From the NCBI GenBank assembly GCA_010356995.1, contig ML996709.1, forward strand, positions 262,606 through 326,605: a stretch of DNA of 64,000 bases, given 5' to 3'. How positions within the stretch are numbered: the first letter of the stretch is position 1; each line of letters begins with the position of its first letter. A model generated the notes under the pieces. The model saw nothing but the letters and a program-made list of their open reading frames with translations, was not told the origin of the DNA and did not search any database. The position numbers and the translations under genes were made by a program. The DNA comes from Trichodelitschia bisporula. Its lineage: Eukaryota. Shown here piece by piece: positions 35,542 to 47,280 of the stretch.

Positions 35542-36954
35542 ATGGACGCCGCGAAAGCTGATATCGAACTAGGCACTCGAGCACCGCTGCAGCGCTCAGA
35601 TGACCAGCGGCGGAGTCGCCACGCCGGAGACTCTGATGAAGATTCCTATGGTGAAAATCACCTCTCGGACCACGATGTTTAAAAGGTTGCCTTTGAGCCC
35701 CTCGACGATGGGCGCCGCCGCAACCAGTTCTACCTCGTCTCAGACGGGTCTCGCGACGCCGAGGGCGAGTTTCTGCACGAAGCATCCAACATTCCTCTTC
35801 CATCGACTATCTCGACCACACAATATCCAAGCACAGTCTCCTCAAAGTCTACCATAAGCACCAGGGAACGGCTTAGGCGGGAGAAATATGAGCGACGGCG
35901 GAGAAATGACACAGATCGAACGCGGCGGAACCGAGAGATACATGAGCACCAGGAAATGCCTGATGAGGAGGCGCGGGAGCAGAGAGAAAATCGGCAAAGG
36001 GAATGGCTTCGTCTAGAACAAGATGCGACATGGGCCGTGTGGCAGGCGAAGACTCAGCGCAGCCAGTGGCTTAGTCGAAGAAACAGGCCGAAAGAGCTAG
36101 TGAAGAAACCGGAACAGCGCGCAAGACGGGGACCTGAATGGTCCCTGTGGAAGAGAATTTTGCAGGAGCTGGAGCCGAAGTTACAGGTGCCGGAGCCGAA
36201 GTTACAGGAGCTGGAGAGGACATTGCAGGAGTCGAACCGGACGTTGCAGGAGCCAGAAAGGACGTTGCAGGAGCCGGAAGGGGCATCGCAGGAGCCGGAG
36301 CAGGGGGGTGGCGAGCACGGCAAGCGGAAGGAGCAGGATAATGAAACACTCAGCAAGCAAATCGGGCAACAGGCAATGACCTATATGGAAAAGATGCAAA
36401 AGCACTTGTTCCTGGAGCGGGGTCGTCAAGACCTCGAGCAGAAGCGTCTGAGCCTGGAGTGGGACTTTCATAAACTGGAGATGGAGGAATGGTTCTGTGG
36501 TAAACAGCTAACGCTGGAGCCGCCCAGCTGGGTGCGATATGAGGAGCGGGAGGTGTCCTTCGATAATGGGAAAGGGCTGGCGACCCGCTGGGTGAAAGAC
36601 GATGATCGAGAGCAGCGGGACACGGAGCTGAAACGGAAGCGTCGAGCCCTGGGCTCGCACCGGCGGCATCTGGACTCGCAGCGTAGGGACCTACAGCGGG
36701 ACAAACTGAACTTTGCTCAGGAGCTGAAGCGGAATTGGAGCTGACATGAGCCAGAAGAGGACCGGGTGCACCCCGAACAGAAGATGGAGACGGTTTGGCA
36801 AAGAGAGCTGAATATGCGAAACACTGAGCTGTGGCGCTATCAGGAGCAAATACGTTGGTATCAGGAGCAGATGGAGTTGTATCGGGAGAAGATGGAGGAG
36901 GCTCAGCGGCGTCTACATGCCCTCCCCGCTTATGGGGATGCCGATATGTTTTAG
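35542..36954 (+). pseudogene. Family C charged coiled-coil protein copy 1, two in-frame stops
   Basis: One frame from ATG 35542 (MDAAKADIELGTRAPLQR...FLHEASNIPLPST) to 36954, broken by TAA 35680-35682 and TGA 36742-36744; 21-bp LQEPERT repeats at about 36160-36300. Confidence 0.7.
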
Positions 36955-37803
36955 GAGGTCAGTGGACAGTGCAAGAGCTGATGAAACGGGAGCTGGGAGT
37001 CCGGTCGCTGCATTCGGCATGCCTCAAAGAAACGCCCGGACTTTTTACAGGTAGGGTGCATTTTGGCGAATTGGTAAGGCGATAAGGCTCGTCTAACATA
37101 TGTTAGCAATGTTATCGTGCTACAGGCTGCTGTTAGGATGATACTCGCTGAGCATGTCGATCAGCCGCAGAGCCTCTGCCCACCCCGCAGTAAGGCTGGC
37201 TGGCCAGGCCCTTGGTAGTGGGCGGGCACGGCGGGGAAAGCCTCAGCTGCTGCGCCTCATTAACCTTACTTCAGCTCTGCCGTCCTCAGGCTTCCCCCGC
37301 ACTCCCAGCTTGCATCCGTTGCAGGGTTAGTAATCCCTACCTCTGAGGGATTTAGGGCTCGGCAAACCGAGTTCACAGGACCAGAAGCCTGGCTAACGGC
37401 GCTTTGGCGATCTTCACAGGCATAATACTGCTGAGACATCACGAGGCGGAATCGGAGCAGAATTACTAGACTTGCGGCATCCAGGTATTGCCCACGCAAC
37501 TACGATAACAGATCGTAGAGCATCACAATCGGCTGGATGTGGTTATGATGCGTGCTCCAACTTAGCAGCTCCAGAAACAAAATGCAACAAGAAATCAACC
37601 ACAACCTGCCTCCGGGATGTTGGTCAGGCTTGCTGCCTTGTCGCCTCGTAATGCCTTACCGCCTTATGGCGCCTGCGTCATCCCGCAGCAGCGCACCTGC
37701 TGCGCCTCACAGCTGAAGACAGCCAGTGGTCCATAACTCGCCAGCTTCTCACCCCATCGCATGTCCGCAGTGCGACCTACGGTACACATTTTCTCCCAGA
37801 ATC

Positions 37804-39780
37804 ATGGCCTCCGAGCAAGCTGCACTCGAACCGAGCACTCTAGCTCCACTGAATTGGTTCACCAGACATCCTAATCTTTCCATCGAAGATCTCCTCGCGG
37901 TAGACAACGCGAAAGCCATTTCCCTCAAAAATCCAGGCAATCCCGAGGGCCAGTTTCTACACGAAGCCAGCCTCATTCCACTCCATTCGACCAGCACGCT
38001 CTCACATTATGCAAGCACGATCTCCATTCCGTCCCCCGAAACCGCCAAAGAACGGCTTAGGTTGGAGCGGGGTGTGCATGGGCTGGGGAGGGAATGGCCG
38101 CAGCGGGGGGAAAACACGGATCAAAAACAGCAAGTCGTCCAGGCCGTTGAAGCGGCGGCCATCGGACGCAACTACGGCAACGATGACCTCGCAATTGAGA
38201 CGCATCCACCTGAGGTTACCGTGACTAGACTGAGTGTACGCTCCGAGGATAAGCATTCGGTGCGCCCGGCCCCTTCTACCGCTTCCACCAACAACCCAAA
38301 GTTGTTGAGCGAGGTTGAGGATGCTATCCGCCGCTTCATTCTGCCTGAACTCGATGCTCTGAAGGAGGAGCAGCGCATGCATAAGAGACAGGAAGCGCTT
38401 ACACGGGAGTCGCAGGAGCTGGCGCAGAGTCAGGAACAGCGCGCGAAACAGCGTTCGAAGCGAATGACTGGCAAGCTCAAGGAGCCATCGCCAGGGAATG
38501 GAACCCGGAGCGCGAGACGGGTGCAGGAGCGGAAGTCATCCAGGGAGATAACAAGGGAATGGGTGAACGAGCAGAAGTCCCGGAAGCCGGAGCTGCGAGA
38601 AGCGAAGTCACAGGAGCCGGAGCTACAGGAGCAAACAGAGACTAAGCGGGCGACATCGGTAATATTGCCGGAGGAACTGGTACCGCTGCGGAGTGTGGCG
38701 ACATTCGGAATATTCCAGGAGCTCGCGCAGATATCACAGAAGAGGAAGTCACAAGTGAGCAAGTCGTCGGCACCGGCGAAGAATCAGGAACAGCGCTCGA
38801 GAGAGAAGCCGAGCCGCGGAGGCGGGGATGGGAACCGGGAGCCGATGCGGAAGTTGCAGGAGCCGGAGTCGCAGGAGTCAAACGCGCAGAAGCCACAGAC
38901 GCAGGAGCTAGAGACACAGGGGCTAGACTTGCAGGAGTCGCAGTCGCAGGAGTCGGAGTCGGAGAAGCCGGATTCGGAGATGCCTCAGTCGCAAGAGGGA
39001 AAATCGCAGGAACCCACGAAAAAGAAGGAGCGGCGCTCGAGCCGGGGGACGGGTTCCAGAGGTGGGGAGAGGAGTTGGGAGCCGTGGAAGTTGCGCCCGA
39101 GCCGGTGGACGAGTTCCAGAGCTCGGGAGGGGAGTGACGAGCCGACGTGGAACTCGCAGAAGCTGGAGTCGCAGAAGCTGGAGTCGCTGGAGCCAGAGGC
39201 GCAGGAGCCGGAGTCGGAGAAGCCGGATTCACCGGAGCAGGAGTCGCAAGAGCCGAAGTCCTTGGAGCCAAAGTCGCAGGAGCCGGCGAAAAATCAGCAA
39301 CAGCGCTCGAGCCGGAGGTCAGATTACGGAGGCGAGGAGAGGAATTGGGAACCGACGCGGAAGTCGCAGAAACTAGGGTCACAGGAGCCTGAGTCACAGG
39401 AGCGACAGCCGCAGGAGCCGGCAAAGGTTCAGAAATATCGCACGAGACGGATGTTGAAGCACCGTAGTCGGGTACTCGAGCACGCGCGGAAGCGTCGGGT
39501 CCTGGACTCGAAGCGTAGTGACTTTGAGTTGCACCGTCTTCTCCGGGACGAGAAACGTAAGGACATGGAGGAAGATGAATCATCCTTTATTGAGGAACTG
39601 GAGCTGGAGAGGGCTCAAGGGAAGTTAGATGGGGAATGGGAAGAAGAGGATGACGTACTCTTCGAATATCAAATGAACTTTATGAGGGATGAACAGAGAG
39701 ATCGGCTAGTGTACGAGATGGAATGGCATAGGGCGGAGATGGAACGTACCGAGCGGCAATTTCGAGAGCTGGGTTTTTGA
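37804..39780 (+). CDS. Family C charged low-complexity/coiled-coil protein copy 2 (intact, about 658 aa)
   Basis: Uninterrupted ORF MASEQAALEPSTLAPL...FLHEASLIPLHST, many SQEPE pentapeptide repeats, ends FRELGF*. Confidence 0.75.
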   Translation: MASEQAALEPSTLAPLNWFTRHPNLSIEDLLAVDNAKAISLKNPGNPEGQFLHEASLIPLHSTSTLSHYASTISIPSPETAKERLRLERGVHGLGREWPQRGENTDQKQQVVQAVEAAAIGRNYGNDDLAIETHPPEVTVTRLSVRSEDKHSVRPAPSTASTNNPKLLSEVEDAIRRFILPELDALKEEQRMHKRQEALTRESQELAQSQEQRAKQRSKRMTGKLKEPSPGNGTRSARRVQERKSSREITREWVNEQKSRKPELREAKSQEPELQEQTETKRATSVILPEELVPLRSVATFGIFQELAQISQKRKSQVSKSSAPAKNQEQRSREKPSRGGGDGNREPMRKLQEPESQESNAQKPQTQELETQGLDLQESQSQESESEKPDSEMPQSQEGKSQEPTKKKERRSSRGTGSRGGERSWEPWKLRPSRWTSSRAREGSDEPTWNSQKLESQKLESLEPEAQEPESEKPDSPEQESQEPKSLEPKSQEPAKNQQQRSSRRSDYGGEERNWEPTRKSQKLGSQEPESQERQPQEPAKVQKYRTRRMLKHRSRVLEHARKRRVLDSKRSDFELHRLLRDEKRKDMEEDESSFIEELELERAQGKLDGEWEEEDDVLFEYQMNFMRDEQRDRLVYEMEWHRAEMERTERQFRELGF

Positions 39781-40410
39781 AAGATGTGGCCGGAATTAAC
39801 ATGCTGAAATGCTTATGGCTGAGGCAGTCACGTTGAACGGGTTAACTGCTGATATGCACTTCGAACTGGATAGCAGAGCTGCGGAGCCTAACAAGTTAGA
39901 GCTCATCGTCTTTGCTTTTGTGCACATGAGTTGTGATCATGGACAGTGTAAAGTAACGCCTCCCAGAATGAGCAATATTCGGCAAGGGTTCCTCCGTTTG
40001 CACCGATGCGGAGTCACGTCCCGGGCCGAGTCTTGCCCCGCCGGAGCCCCACCCGGCCGCGTCATGACCGCGTGACACCAGCGCTGCAACGTCTCCCCAG
40101 ATGCCAACTTCTGACCGATCCAATCCCATGATTTTAATTCCCAAGGCAGCGCCCATAGGTACAACACCCACAACATGATATGCACAGCACTCAATAAGGC
40201 ATAGCGTACGCCCGGTGTGGTTAGTAAGGCTGTGCGCCCTGCGGTTCGCGCTCCCCCCCGGGCACCCCCGCGCCTCATTCAGGGCCACGTGATGTGGGCC
40301 TCCACCCCACCTCGCCGCCAGCTCTGCATCTCGCAACTATCACCGACGCCGTGAGTTTGGCCATCTCTGGGACCAAAATGGCCCGTTTTGCTGTGTTTTC
40401 ACAGTTCAAT

Positions 40411-42579
40411 ATGGAGGAGGTCGGGTCTCCGCCAGAACGTCGGGCGTTCGGCGTCGATGGCCATCGCGAGGAGGACCCCATCGAGGCTAGCTGGACCCGT
40501 TGGGATATCCGGAGATCCACAGTCCAGACACCCGATGCACGGAGTCCTAGCCATGCGGACGTCATGCACCACCAAGAGACTCCGCATCCGAATCCCCTCG
40601 ACCTCACTTCGCCCGGTGCCCAGACTGGAACCAAGGCCATTCAAAACACCACCGCAGCCAGCTCCACTCGCCAGAGCACCTCCGCACAACACTCCGCGCT
40701 GAAACTTGACGCCCTAAATCCCATGTTGATGTCTCGAGATTTACGAATAGCCTACAGCAGCGCCCTGGAAGCTCCTGGAGAATATGGGCCGCTCTACAAC
40801 CCGTATGTGTTGAGCACTACACAGGCGACCACAAAACCGGCCAGATATCAACCGCTGACTTCCTTGCAACCTCCTGCGGCCACGAGCTCACCCCTCACCA
40901 TTCCAAGCATCCCGACACACAATTTCAGCTTATCGTCTAGGTCTGCCGAGCCCGGAGCTGAGGTACCTTCCACGGTTGTTTCCACGTCGCCTCTCTCGCT
41001 CGTTCCGACCGCCTCTTCACAGCAGGTCGACGCCTCAGGGAAACCGCACCTCGAATCTTACAAGTGCCACTTGTGCATTGACGAGTTTCCCGCCAGCGAA
41101 ATCATCGCTCTTTCTTGCACACACGCCTCCTGCACCGACTGTCTCAAAGCCCTCTTCCTTCACGCAACCGCAAACGAGGCTCAATTTCCTCCGCGCTGCT
41201 GTCGGCCAATCCCCTTAGCCTTGATCGCCCCCGCTCTTTCTTCGGCCGAGTACTCTGCATACGTTGCCGCGTCAGAGGAGTTCTCCACCCCGAACAGGAC
41301 ATACTGCTCCAACCGCACATGCGGGCGCTTCATTTCGCCGAACTACATCTCAGCCGAGCTCGCCATCTGTTCCGCCTGCGGTACCTCAACCTGCGCACAC
41401 TGCAAGAACAGCGCGCATGCCGACGCCTGTTCCTCAGACGAGGATCTCCAAGCCGTGCTCGCGCTGGCGAAGGAGAAGGGCTGGCGCCGCTGCGGCCAGT
41501 GCCGCAACATGGTCGAGAAGACGGTCGGGTGCTACCACATCAGCTGTACGTGCGGCTTCCAGTGGTGCTACCTGTGCGGCGAGAAATGGAAGGGTTGTGA
41601 TTGTCGCCGCGTGGATGCGCCGCCGCCACGGACGGTGGAGGAGCAGCTCCGGTGGGAGCAGCGAGGGGAGCAGATGCGGCTCAGGCGGGAGCAGCGGTTG
41701 CGAACGCGGCGGGAGCGGCGGGAGCGTGAGATGCGAGAGCGGCGGGAGCGACTGGAGAGAGAGCGGCGAGAGGAGGCTGAAAGGATGTTACAAAAGGAGC
41801 GACTGGATTCCTGGTGGGCGAGGTACCACCGCGACCAACAAAAAAAGATGGAGTCGTGGGATCTTGAGAACACGGCATGGCCATTTCTGCCGACTTCGGT
41901 ATTCGCGAACCCGCCTCCAACATCCGGGCAGGGGGCGGAGCGGCTCGACTCGCGGGGGTTCGAGCTGTCTGGAACTTGGTGCTCGCTAGAGCCAGCGAGT
42001 GAAACATTGGATCCGAGAGATGTGGCATTGAGGCTTCCACATCAAGCACCCGAGTCGGCGCCTGGGAACATAAAGCGAAATAAAAACCCACTGGAGTTCG
42101 ACCCCTCTACGATATGGCCCTCGCTGGAGTCGGAAATTGCATCCGTGGATCCGTGGGAGATGATGTCGGCTCTCCCACTAGAGCTAGACGCGTTCGAGCC
42201 GGAGCTAGGAGATACAACGCGAAGGGGAGACTTGTTGGAGCAACAGTCCAGGGAGCGGTTTGAACAAGTTCGAGAGGACCGAGGTCGTCAGCAGGAGATT
42301 GAGCGAGACGAGGGGGGCCGTGAAGCGCTCAAGCTCCGTCAGCAGCAGCAGGAGTGGATGCTCGATGTTATGGCACTGCAAGGTGTCACCCAGCAGGCTG
42401 ATCTGCAGGCGGGATATCTCATCACCGGTACAACGAGGTCAGGTTTAAGCGGCCAGGCGGACATACTCAGCAGAGAGCAGGCCCGGGAGAGTGCCTGGAA
42501 ACGTGACCCCACGGGACTGGAGGAGACCATACACATGGACGACCTGAGAGGGGCTTCTTGGATGGGTAGATTGAACTGA
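40411..42579 (+). CDS. RBR (RING1-IBR-RING2) E3 ubiquitin ligase, copy 1, intronless core
   Basis: CHLC...CTHASCTDC...FPPRCC, RTYCSNRTC...CSAC...CAHCKNSAHADAC, CGQC...GCYHISCTCGFQWCYLCG; then an R/E coiled coil. Start uncertain (40378 or 40411; GTGAGT...CAG at 40351-40404 may be a 5' UTR intron). Confidence 0.88.
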   Translation: MEEVGSPPERRAFGVDGHREEDPIEASWTRWDIRRSTVQTPDARSPSHADVMHHQETPHPNPLDLTSPGAQTGTKAIQNTTAASSTRQSTSAQHSALKLDALNPMLMSRDLRIAYSSALEAPGEYGPLYNPYVLSTTQATTKPARYQPLTSLQPPAATSSPLTIPSIPTHNFSLSSRSAEPGAEVPSTVVSTSPLSLVPTASSQQVDASGKPHLESYKCHLCIDEFPASEIIALSCTHASCTDCLKALFLHATANEAQFPPRCCRPIPLALIAPALSSAEYSAYVAASEEFSTPNRTYCSNRTCGRFISPNYISAELAICSACGTSTCAHCKNSAHADACSSDEDLQAVLALAKEKGWRRCGQCRNMVEKTVGCYHISCTCGFQWCYLCGEKWKGCDCRRVDAPPPRTVEEQLRWEQRGEQMRLRREQRLRTRRERREREMRERRERLERERREEAERMLQKERLDSWWARYHRDQQKKMESWDLENTAWPFLPTSVFANPPPTSGQGAERLDSRGFELSGTWCSLEPASETLDPRDVALRLPHQAPESAPGNIKRNKNPLEFDPSTIWPSLESEIASVDPWEMMSALPLELDAFEPELGDTTRRGDLLEQQSRERFEQVREDRGRQQEIERDEGGREALKLRQQQQEWMLDVMALQGVTQQADLQAGYLITGTTRSGLSGQADILSREQARESAWKRDPTGLEETIHMDDLRGASWMGRLN

Positions 42580-43273
42580 AGAAGAAACCTAGGCGATAAC
42601 ATATGGGCCAGGTGGTTGCCATGTAGGGTTTGATGGGTATTTTGCCAACAACGAGGATGCAACTCAGGCATTGGCGGTTCTTGTGGACTATTTCTATCAG
42701 GGAGAAAGAACAGGGATATGACTTAATGCCGGAGTAAAGGTAAGCTAATGGCTAAAACATTAATGAAGCCCATCGTTGTGCTCATTCTGTTGTCTGTCGT
42801 TGGTATCACCGTAGAACCTCCGGGTTTGCCCGTGAATCTCGGCCCGCTGACAACCTCCGACTCGACCGGCTCCGCCCATACTCAGTCGTGTCCATTCGTG
42901 CCGTAAGCAACATCTCACGGGACTATGAGTCTCCCGGCTATAGCTTCCAGGATACTTTTGAGTACCAGAACGCCGAGAATCAGCCCTATCCCTGCACGAG
43001 AGTACAGCATCCTCATCCCCGGCCGCTGCGCCACAATCGCAAGGCGCACAAGCCGGGGCACAGCCTCGTTGGTCTCAAGAAAAATCACCCGGGCGGCCTC
43101 CATTTCAACTCCACCTCATGTCTCAAAACCCCGGGCGTTCTTTGTCGTACAGTTTCTCTGTCGCACAGCTTTTGCGTCGTACAGTTTCTTCATCCATCAT
43201 GACGTCTACTTCGCCATCTCCGTCTCCAATATTTTGAGAATCGAGTACCCGGCCCGACCGCGATGCGACAATC

Positions 43274-43846
43274 ATGTCCGACACCAGCATGCCGGCGTGG
43301 GTTCCCCTCCCGCTGAGTACACTGCAAACGACGCTTGACCGGACATCAACATATACGCAAACGGACTCCTTGAGGGTGCCTGCCGACTTTCCACGGGCGC
43401 CTGCCGACTCCCCGCGGCTCACAGTGTGGGAAGATCAAGATGAAGGCCTTCCAAAGGTGCGGACGACATTGGACGATTATATCTGGACGCGCCTTAGCGC
43501 GCATAATAGCTGGGAGCAAGAGAAGCGGAACCGGCAGTACGAGGTTAGTCGGCTAGAGAGAAAGCTGCAGGTGGAGAAGTGGCAATCACAGGTGGCTAGC
43601 GTTGTGCCTCACTTTCTTCAGCCTTTATTTTTCCTTCTCAGTATGTTCGAAGCCCGTTCACGCCTGAGCGTGCAGGATAGAAGGGAGCACGAGAAGCGAC
43701 ATCGAGAGTTTGATACGTGGCTTCAAAGTCTGCTGAGAGAGCACCTTGAGGACTGGCAGTCGGGGCGCTTAAGGACAACAAAGCAGTGGGAGTCGCGAGT
43801 GGCTAACGTTATGCTTCCCTTACTTCCGCTTTATGTTTTCGTTTAA
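43274..43846 (+). CDS. Orphan hypothetical protein with internal repeat
   Basis: 190-aa ATG ORF; KWQSQVASVVPHFLQP repeated as QWESRVANVMLPLLP. Confidence 0.5.
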   Translation: MSDTSMPAWVPLPLSTLQTTLDRTSTYTQTDSLRVPADFPRAPADSPRLTVWEDQDEGLPKVRTTLDDYIWTRLSAHNSWEQEKRNRQYEVSRLERKLQVEKWQSQVASVVPHFLQPLFFLLSMFEARSRLSVQDRREHEKRHREFDTWLQSLLREHLEDWQSGRLRTTKQWESRVANVMLPLLPLYVFV

Positions 43847-44570
43847 TCATTTTGAGGTCAGTTGTACAGTTCAAGGGCTTAGGGATGGCCAAGTATATTA
43901 GGGCATGGATGATCTCTCAACAACCTGCATGTCCACCCATTTCCGCGCTATGATCTCACAGAAAGCCTTCGGAACCCCGCACAAGCCCCACATTCCCCAC
44001 AATTTGCGGCCGCCGGCCCGACCCGAGCTGTCCAACCCCCACCCCGCATTCTCACTGTAACAGCGAACACCAACTCCACGCACACGTTGCTGCGCCGCTC
44101 TCCCGCCAGAAGTTTATGTTCCAGCGCACGATGCGCGTAAATCTTAGGCAACCTTGCATTCCTAGCTGAGCGAACTCCATCCAAGGCCGGCTCCACGCCC
44201 CTTCCCGTCCCGCCCCACATTAGCCGCGTTCACATCAGACAGTCAATTGTTGTGCATGCGCCCCAAGGTAGTAGGAGTTTCAATGCCAGCTCTAGGTAAT
44301 TGGAAAACATATACGGTAGCTCCATTCGCACCCGCTAGTAGTGATGGAACCTCACGTACTAGCGGGTAAGGCTGGCGCCGGCGTACCCGCATTGGGCTTC
44401 CACTGCGTTACCATTTCTCGGGGTACCGTATGTGGCTCACCGCGCCGCCACAGGGGATGAACCTCGCGCATAACCAGCTCCGTCTTGCGCTTCGAACAAA
44501 TCGCTCTCCATCAGCATCGACAAGCGCCCTTCCTTTCTATTGCAGCTCGCGCACGAACACCTACCTCAAC

Positions 44571-45440
44571 ATGCCGAGCTCCATCGACGCGGATGCCCGC
44601 GAGCTCCCCCTCCCGGAGAGCGCGATTGGCGCTTCCTCACTCGCGACTCACCAATCTGTCACTTCCTTGGCCCCTCTCCCGCCGTCGCCTGAGTTTCTTA
44701 CGCTCATTGATGAAGCACGCAAATCAGCGAGAAATTTACGCATGCTTGTTCGCAGTACGGCGGCTGAGCAGCTTGCGTCAGATGCGAAAGTGCGCGACGT
44801 TGTACAACAGTGCCGAAAGGCGCGTCGCGATTTCTTCGCGAACATAGATGGTGTGCTTGGGGAGCGAGAGCAAAGAGATGCGAGGACTATGAGGGCAGCT
44901 TGGGAGGCGTGGACGGATGTCTATGTAGCGTTGGAAGAATATGAGCGCATGGTTGGGTGGGCCGCAACGCGGGAGCATGGTGACGAATCTGATACCCCGG
45001 AGCTTGAGGAACTCGGGGATATGGAAGAGGAAGAGCTTCGCAAGACGTATAACCCTTTCCACCGGCGGGGCGTAGACCCCTTGGGGCCAGAGGAGAGGAA
45101 GCGACCCGCTACGACGGTACCGGAACGGCGGGAAGAAGGACGGTATTCGCAAGTCCGAGGTCCGGGAGCGCGGTCGGGGAAGCGACGGCAGCCCGAGGCG
45201 GACCAGGAAGCACTTCGAGGAAGCAAGCATTACTGCAATATCATTGATCATTTGAAGTTCTCGTTGCTTGCTCAAGGAGTTCAAGCCCCTTCAACAGGGT
45301 GCAGACTTGAAAGGCCGAGGGAGAGATTGGTCTCCCACACTGTTACCCGCCACAGGCTATTACCCGCCACAGATAGTTACCCGGCACGACCGTTACCCGG
45401 CAATATCAGCCAAGGCCAGCCAAAGGTATGTGAGAGTTAG
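44571..45440 (+). CDS. Stand-alone GAT-like domain protein, diverged paralog of the 19.8-kb gene
   Basis: IDEARKSARNLRMLVRSTAAEQLASDAKVRDVVQQCRKARR aligns with IEEARTSAKLLQQLVQSTEPSELATHELVREFAQRCQSAQR; C-terminal extent uncertain. Confidence 0.65.
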   Translation: MPSSIDADARELPLPESAIGASSLATHQSVTSLAPLPPSPEFLTLIDEARKSARNLRMLVRSTAAEQLASDAKVRDVVQQCRKARRDFFANIDGVLGEREQRDARTMRAAWEAWTDVYVALEEYERMVGWAATREHGDESDTPELEELGDMEEEELRKTYNPFHRRGVDPLGPEERKRPATTVPERREEGRYSQVRGPGARSGKRRQPEADQEALRGSKHYCNIIDHLKFSLLAQGVQAPSTGCRLERPRERLVSHTVTRHRLLPATDSYPARPLPGNISQGQPKVCES

Positions 45441-45992
45441 CAGGACTAGTTCGCATAACCGCAGAGGCCTAGCACTTCAATTTTCGTAACTTATAACATG
45501 CCGTTGAGAGCCGATACGTTTACAGAACCCCCGCCAACTCCCGCCTCGTCTTTTCCAACCCCACACGGCACAACTGCTCCGCCTCACTCGCGCTGTACGA
45601 GTATGAGATGGCGTTGAAGATCTTGAGCTCGAATGCAAGGCGGACTGGTGCGTGAGTATCAAGAAAGCAGCAATAATAATTCAGAACACCAGTCCTGCAG
45701 CGGGGGCGAAATAAGCGATATACAATTCCTATGCATTGAATTTTGTCGCGTTCTGCTTGTTTCTCTGCCCACGTGCTTGGCCTGCTGACGTTGATTACCC
45801 GGCTTCAGTACGCGGTGCAAATCTTCGACCCCATTCCGTATATCGGAGAAGTACATCCGTACTGCAAAAGCTGTGCTGTCCGGCTTGTTCACGTCTTCCT
45901 GTAATAATCCAGCTGCATTTTGCTGCGTACGCGCGCCCATGCTGCATTGATTGAGGCCGCACGATGCCAGGCGAAACACCCAACACGCCACC

Positions 45993-46937
45993 ATGCAAGC
46001 TGCGCCACTACCAGCTTCGCCCCCCAACCCCGTATCACTAACCTCAAGAACCCGCGATGACCATATCACGGCCCATCATACTTCAATCGGCCATCAGTAT
46101 CGCCTCGACTTTGCCGTCCCAACAGGCCTACGGCGCATAATTGTACACCATAAAGCGAACGCTCGCACTCAAAGCTGTCCCGAAACGCAGCTTACTGTAC
46201 CGGTTTCCGTTTGGAGCGTGTTTGTCGACATATCTTCCACTTCGCCTGCAAATCCTGAGACTCGGGCCGCACAGAGCCAGCCTTCCAACTCGAGCTCTAG
46301 CCAGAAAACGAGGAACCAGGGCGGCAGCGAAGTCTCGAATATGCGCGGTCCCCTCGAGTACCCAGCCTCAATACCGCTCCCTTTAAGCAACTGTCACTCG
46401 TCATGGAATGACGGCACCAACTCCACCCACAAGATGACAAATAAAGACGGCAGCGACGTTTTGGATGTACGCGGCCCTCTCGAGTACCCGGCTTTGATGC
46501 CGCTCCCTTTGAGCAACGACCACACGTCGTGGGATGCTGGCACCATCGTTTCTTCTGATGGCAACATGCAGCACTGTGGCACACCTGCCTGGGATTTATA
46601 CGACAAGCTCGAGGAGCATATGGAATTCCTTCGACTGGCTTACGACTACAAGGAAAGCTTCGGCAAAATCGGTGAACTCCGGGAGATGCTCCGGGACGTG
46701 CGGCGTGAGCGTGAACTAGACCATGGGAATCTAGTCTCCTTCGTGCCCGTCATGGAATGGATGGAAAAAGAGCTGAAACTTCGGATGGTTCGATCCCATG
46801 AGATATTAGAACAACTGAAGGAGCCAGCAGAGGGAATAGGAAAAGCGCATCCGGCTGTCCGATCGTACGTTCTAGCGCATCTTATGGCTGTAGGCTTGGG
46901 GTCGGGTCGTGTCGCCACGCTTCTGGAGAGGGCTTGA
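45993..46937 (+). CDS. Orphan hypothetical protein with 42-aa internal duplication
   Basis: ORF of about 314 aa; RGPLEYPASIPLPLSNCHSSWNDGT and RGPLEYPALMPLPLSNDHTSWDAGT lie 126 bp apart; helical C-terminus. True start uncertain. Confidence 0.55.
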   Translation: MQAAPLPASPPNPVSLTSRTRDDHITAHHTSIGHQYRLDFAVPTGLRRIIVHHKANARTQSCPETQLTVPVSVWSVFVDISSTSPANPETRAAQSQPSNSSSSQKTRNQGGSEVSNMRGPLEYPASIPLPLSNCHSSWNDGTNSTHKMTNKDGSDVLDVRGPLEYPALMPLPLSNDHTSWDAGTIVSSDGNMQHCGTPAWDLYDKLEEHMEFLRLAYDYKESFGKIGELREMLRDVRRERELDHGNLVSFVPVMEWMEKELKLRMVRSHEILEQLKEPAEGIGKAHPAVRSYVLAHLMAVGLGSGRVATLLERA

Positions 46938-47280
46938 GGCTAGAACTAGGAGTATGGACGGCATTTGAACCGCAAGGCAATGAAGCGCTCATATAGTTTC
47001 TGTCAACCGTCAAGGCCAAGTCACCAGCCTTGTCACCGGCGAGGCCGGGACATAAGGCACAATGCACATGTACAGTAGTAGGAATATTTGAAAGAAGACG
47101 TAGGCAAGAAGTGTCCTGCGACTTGAAAGCACGGCTTGACAATGTGGGGAGTGGTACTGAGGTGGTCGGTAAGGAATCCGCAGTTTGCATCCGTTTTTCG
47201 TGGACCAGAGTTCAAGCCACAGGCCCCAACCCAATCACAAAAGCCATATCATTAAGATCCTATTCCATGCGTCTATATCG

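Noticed and set aside
38642..39583. 313-aa minus-strand Ala/Pro/Thr-rich ORF
   Set aside because: Antisense shadow of the SQEPE repeats in family C copy 2.
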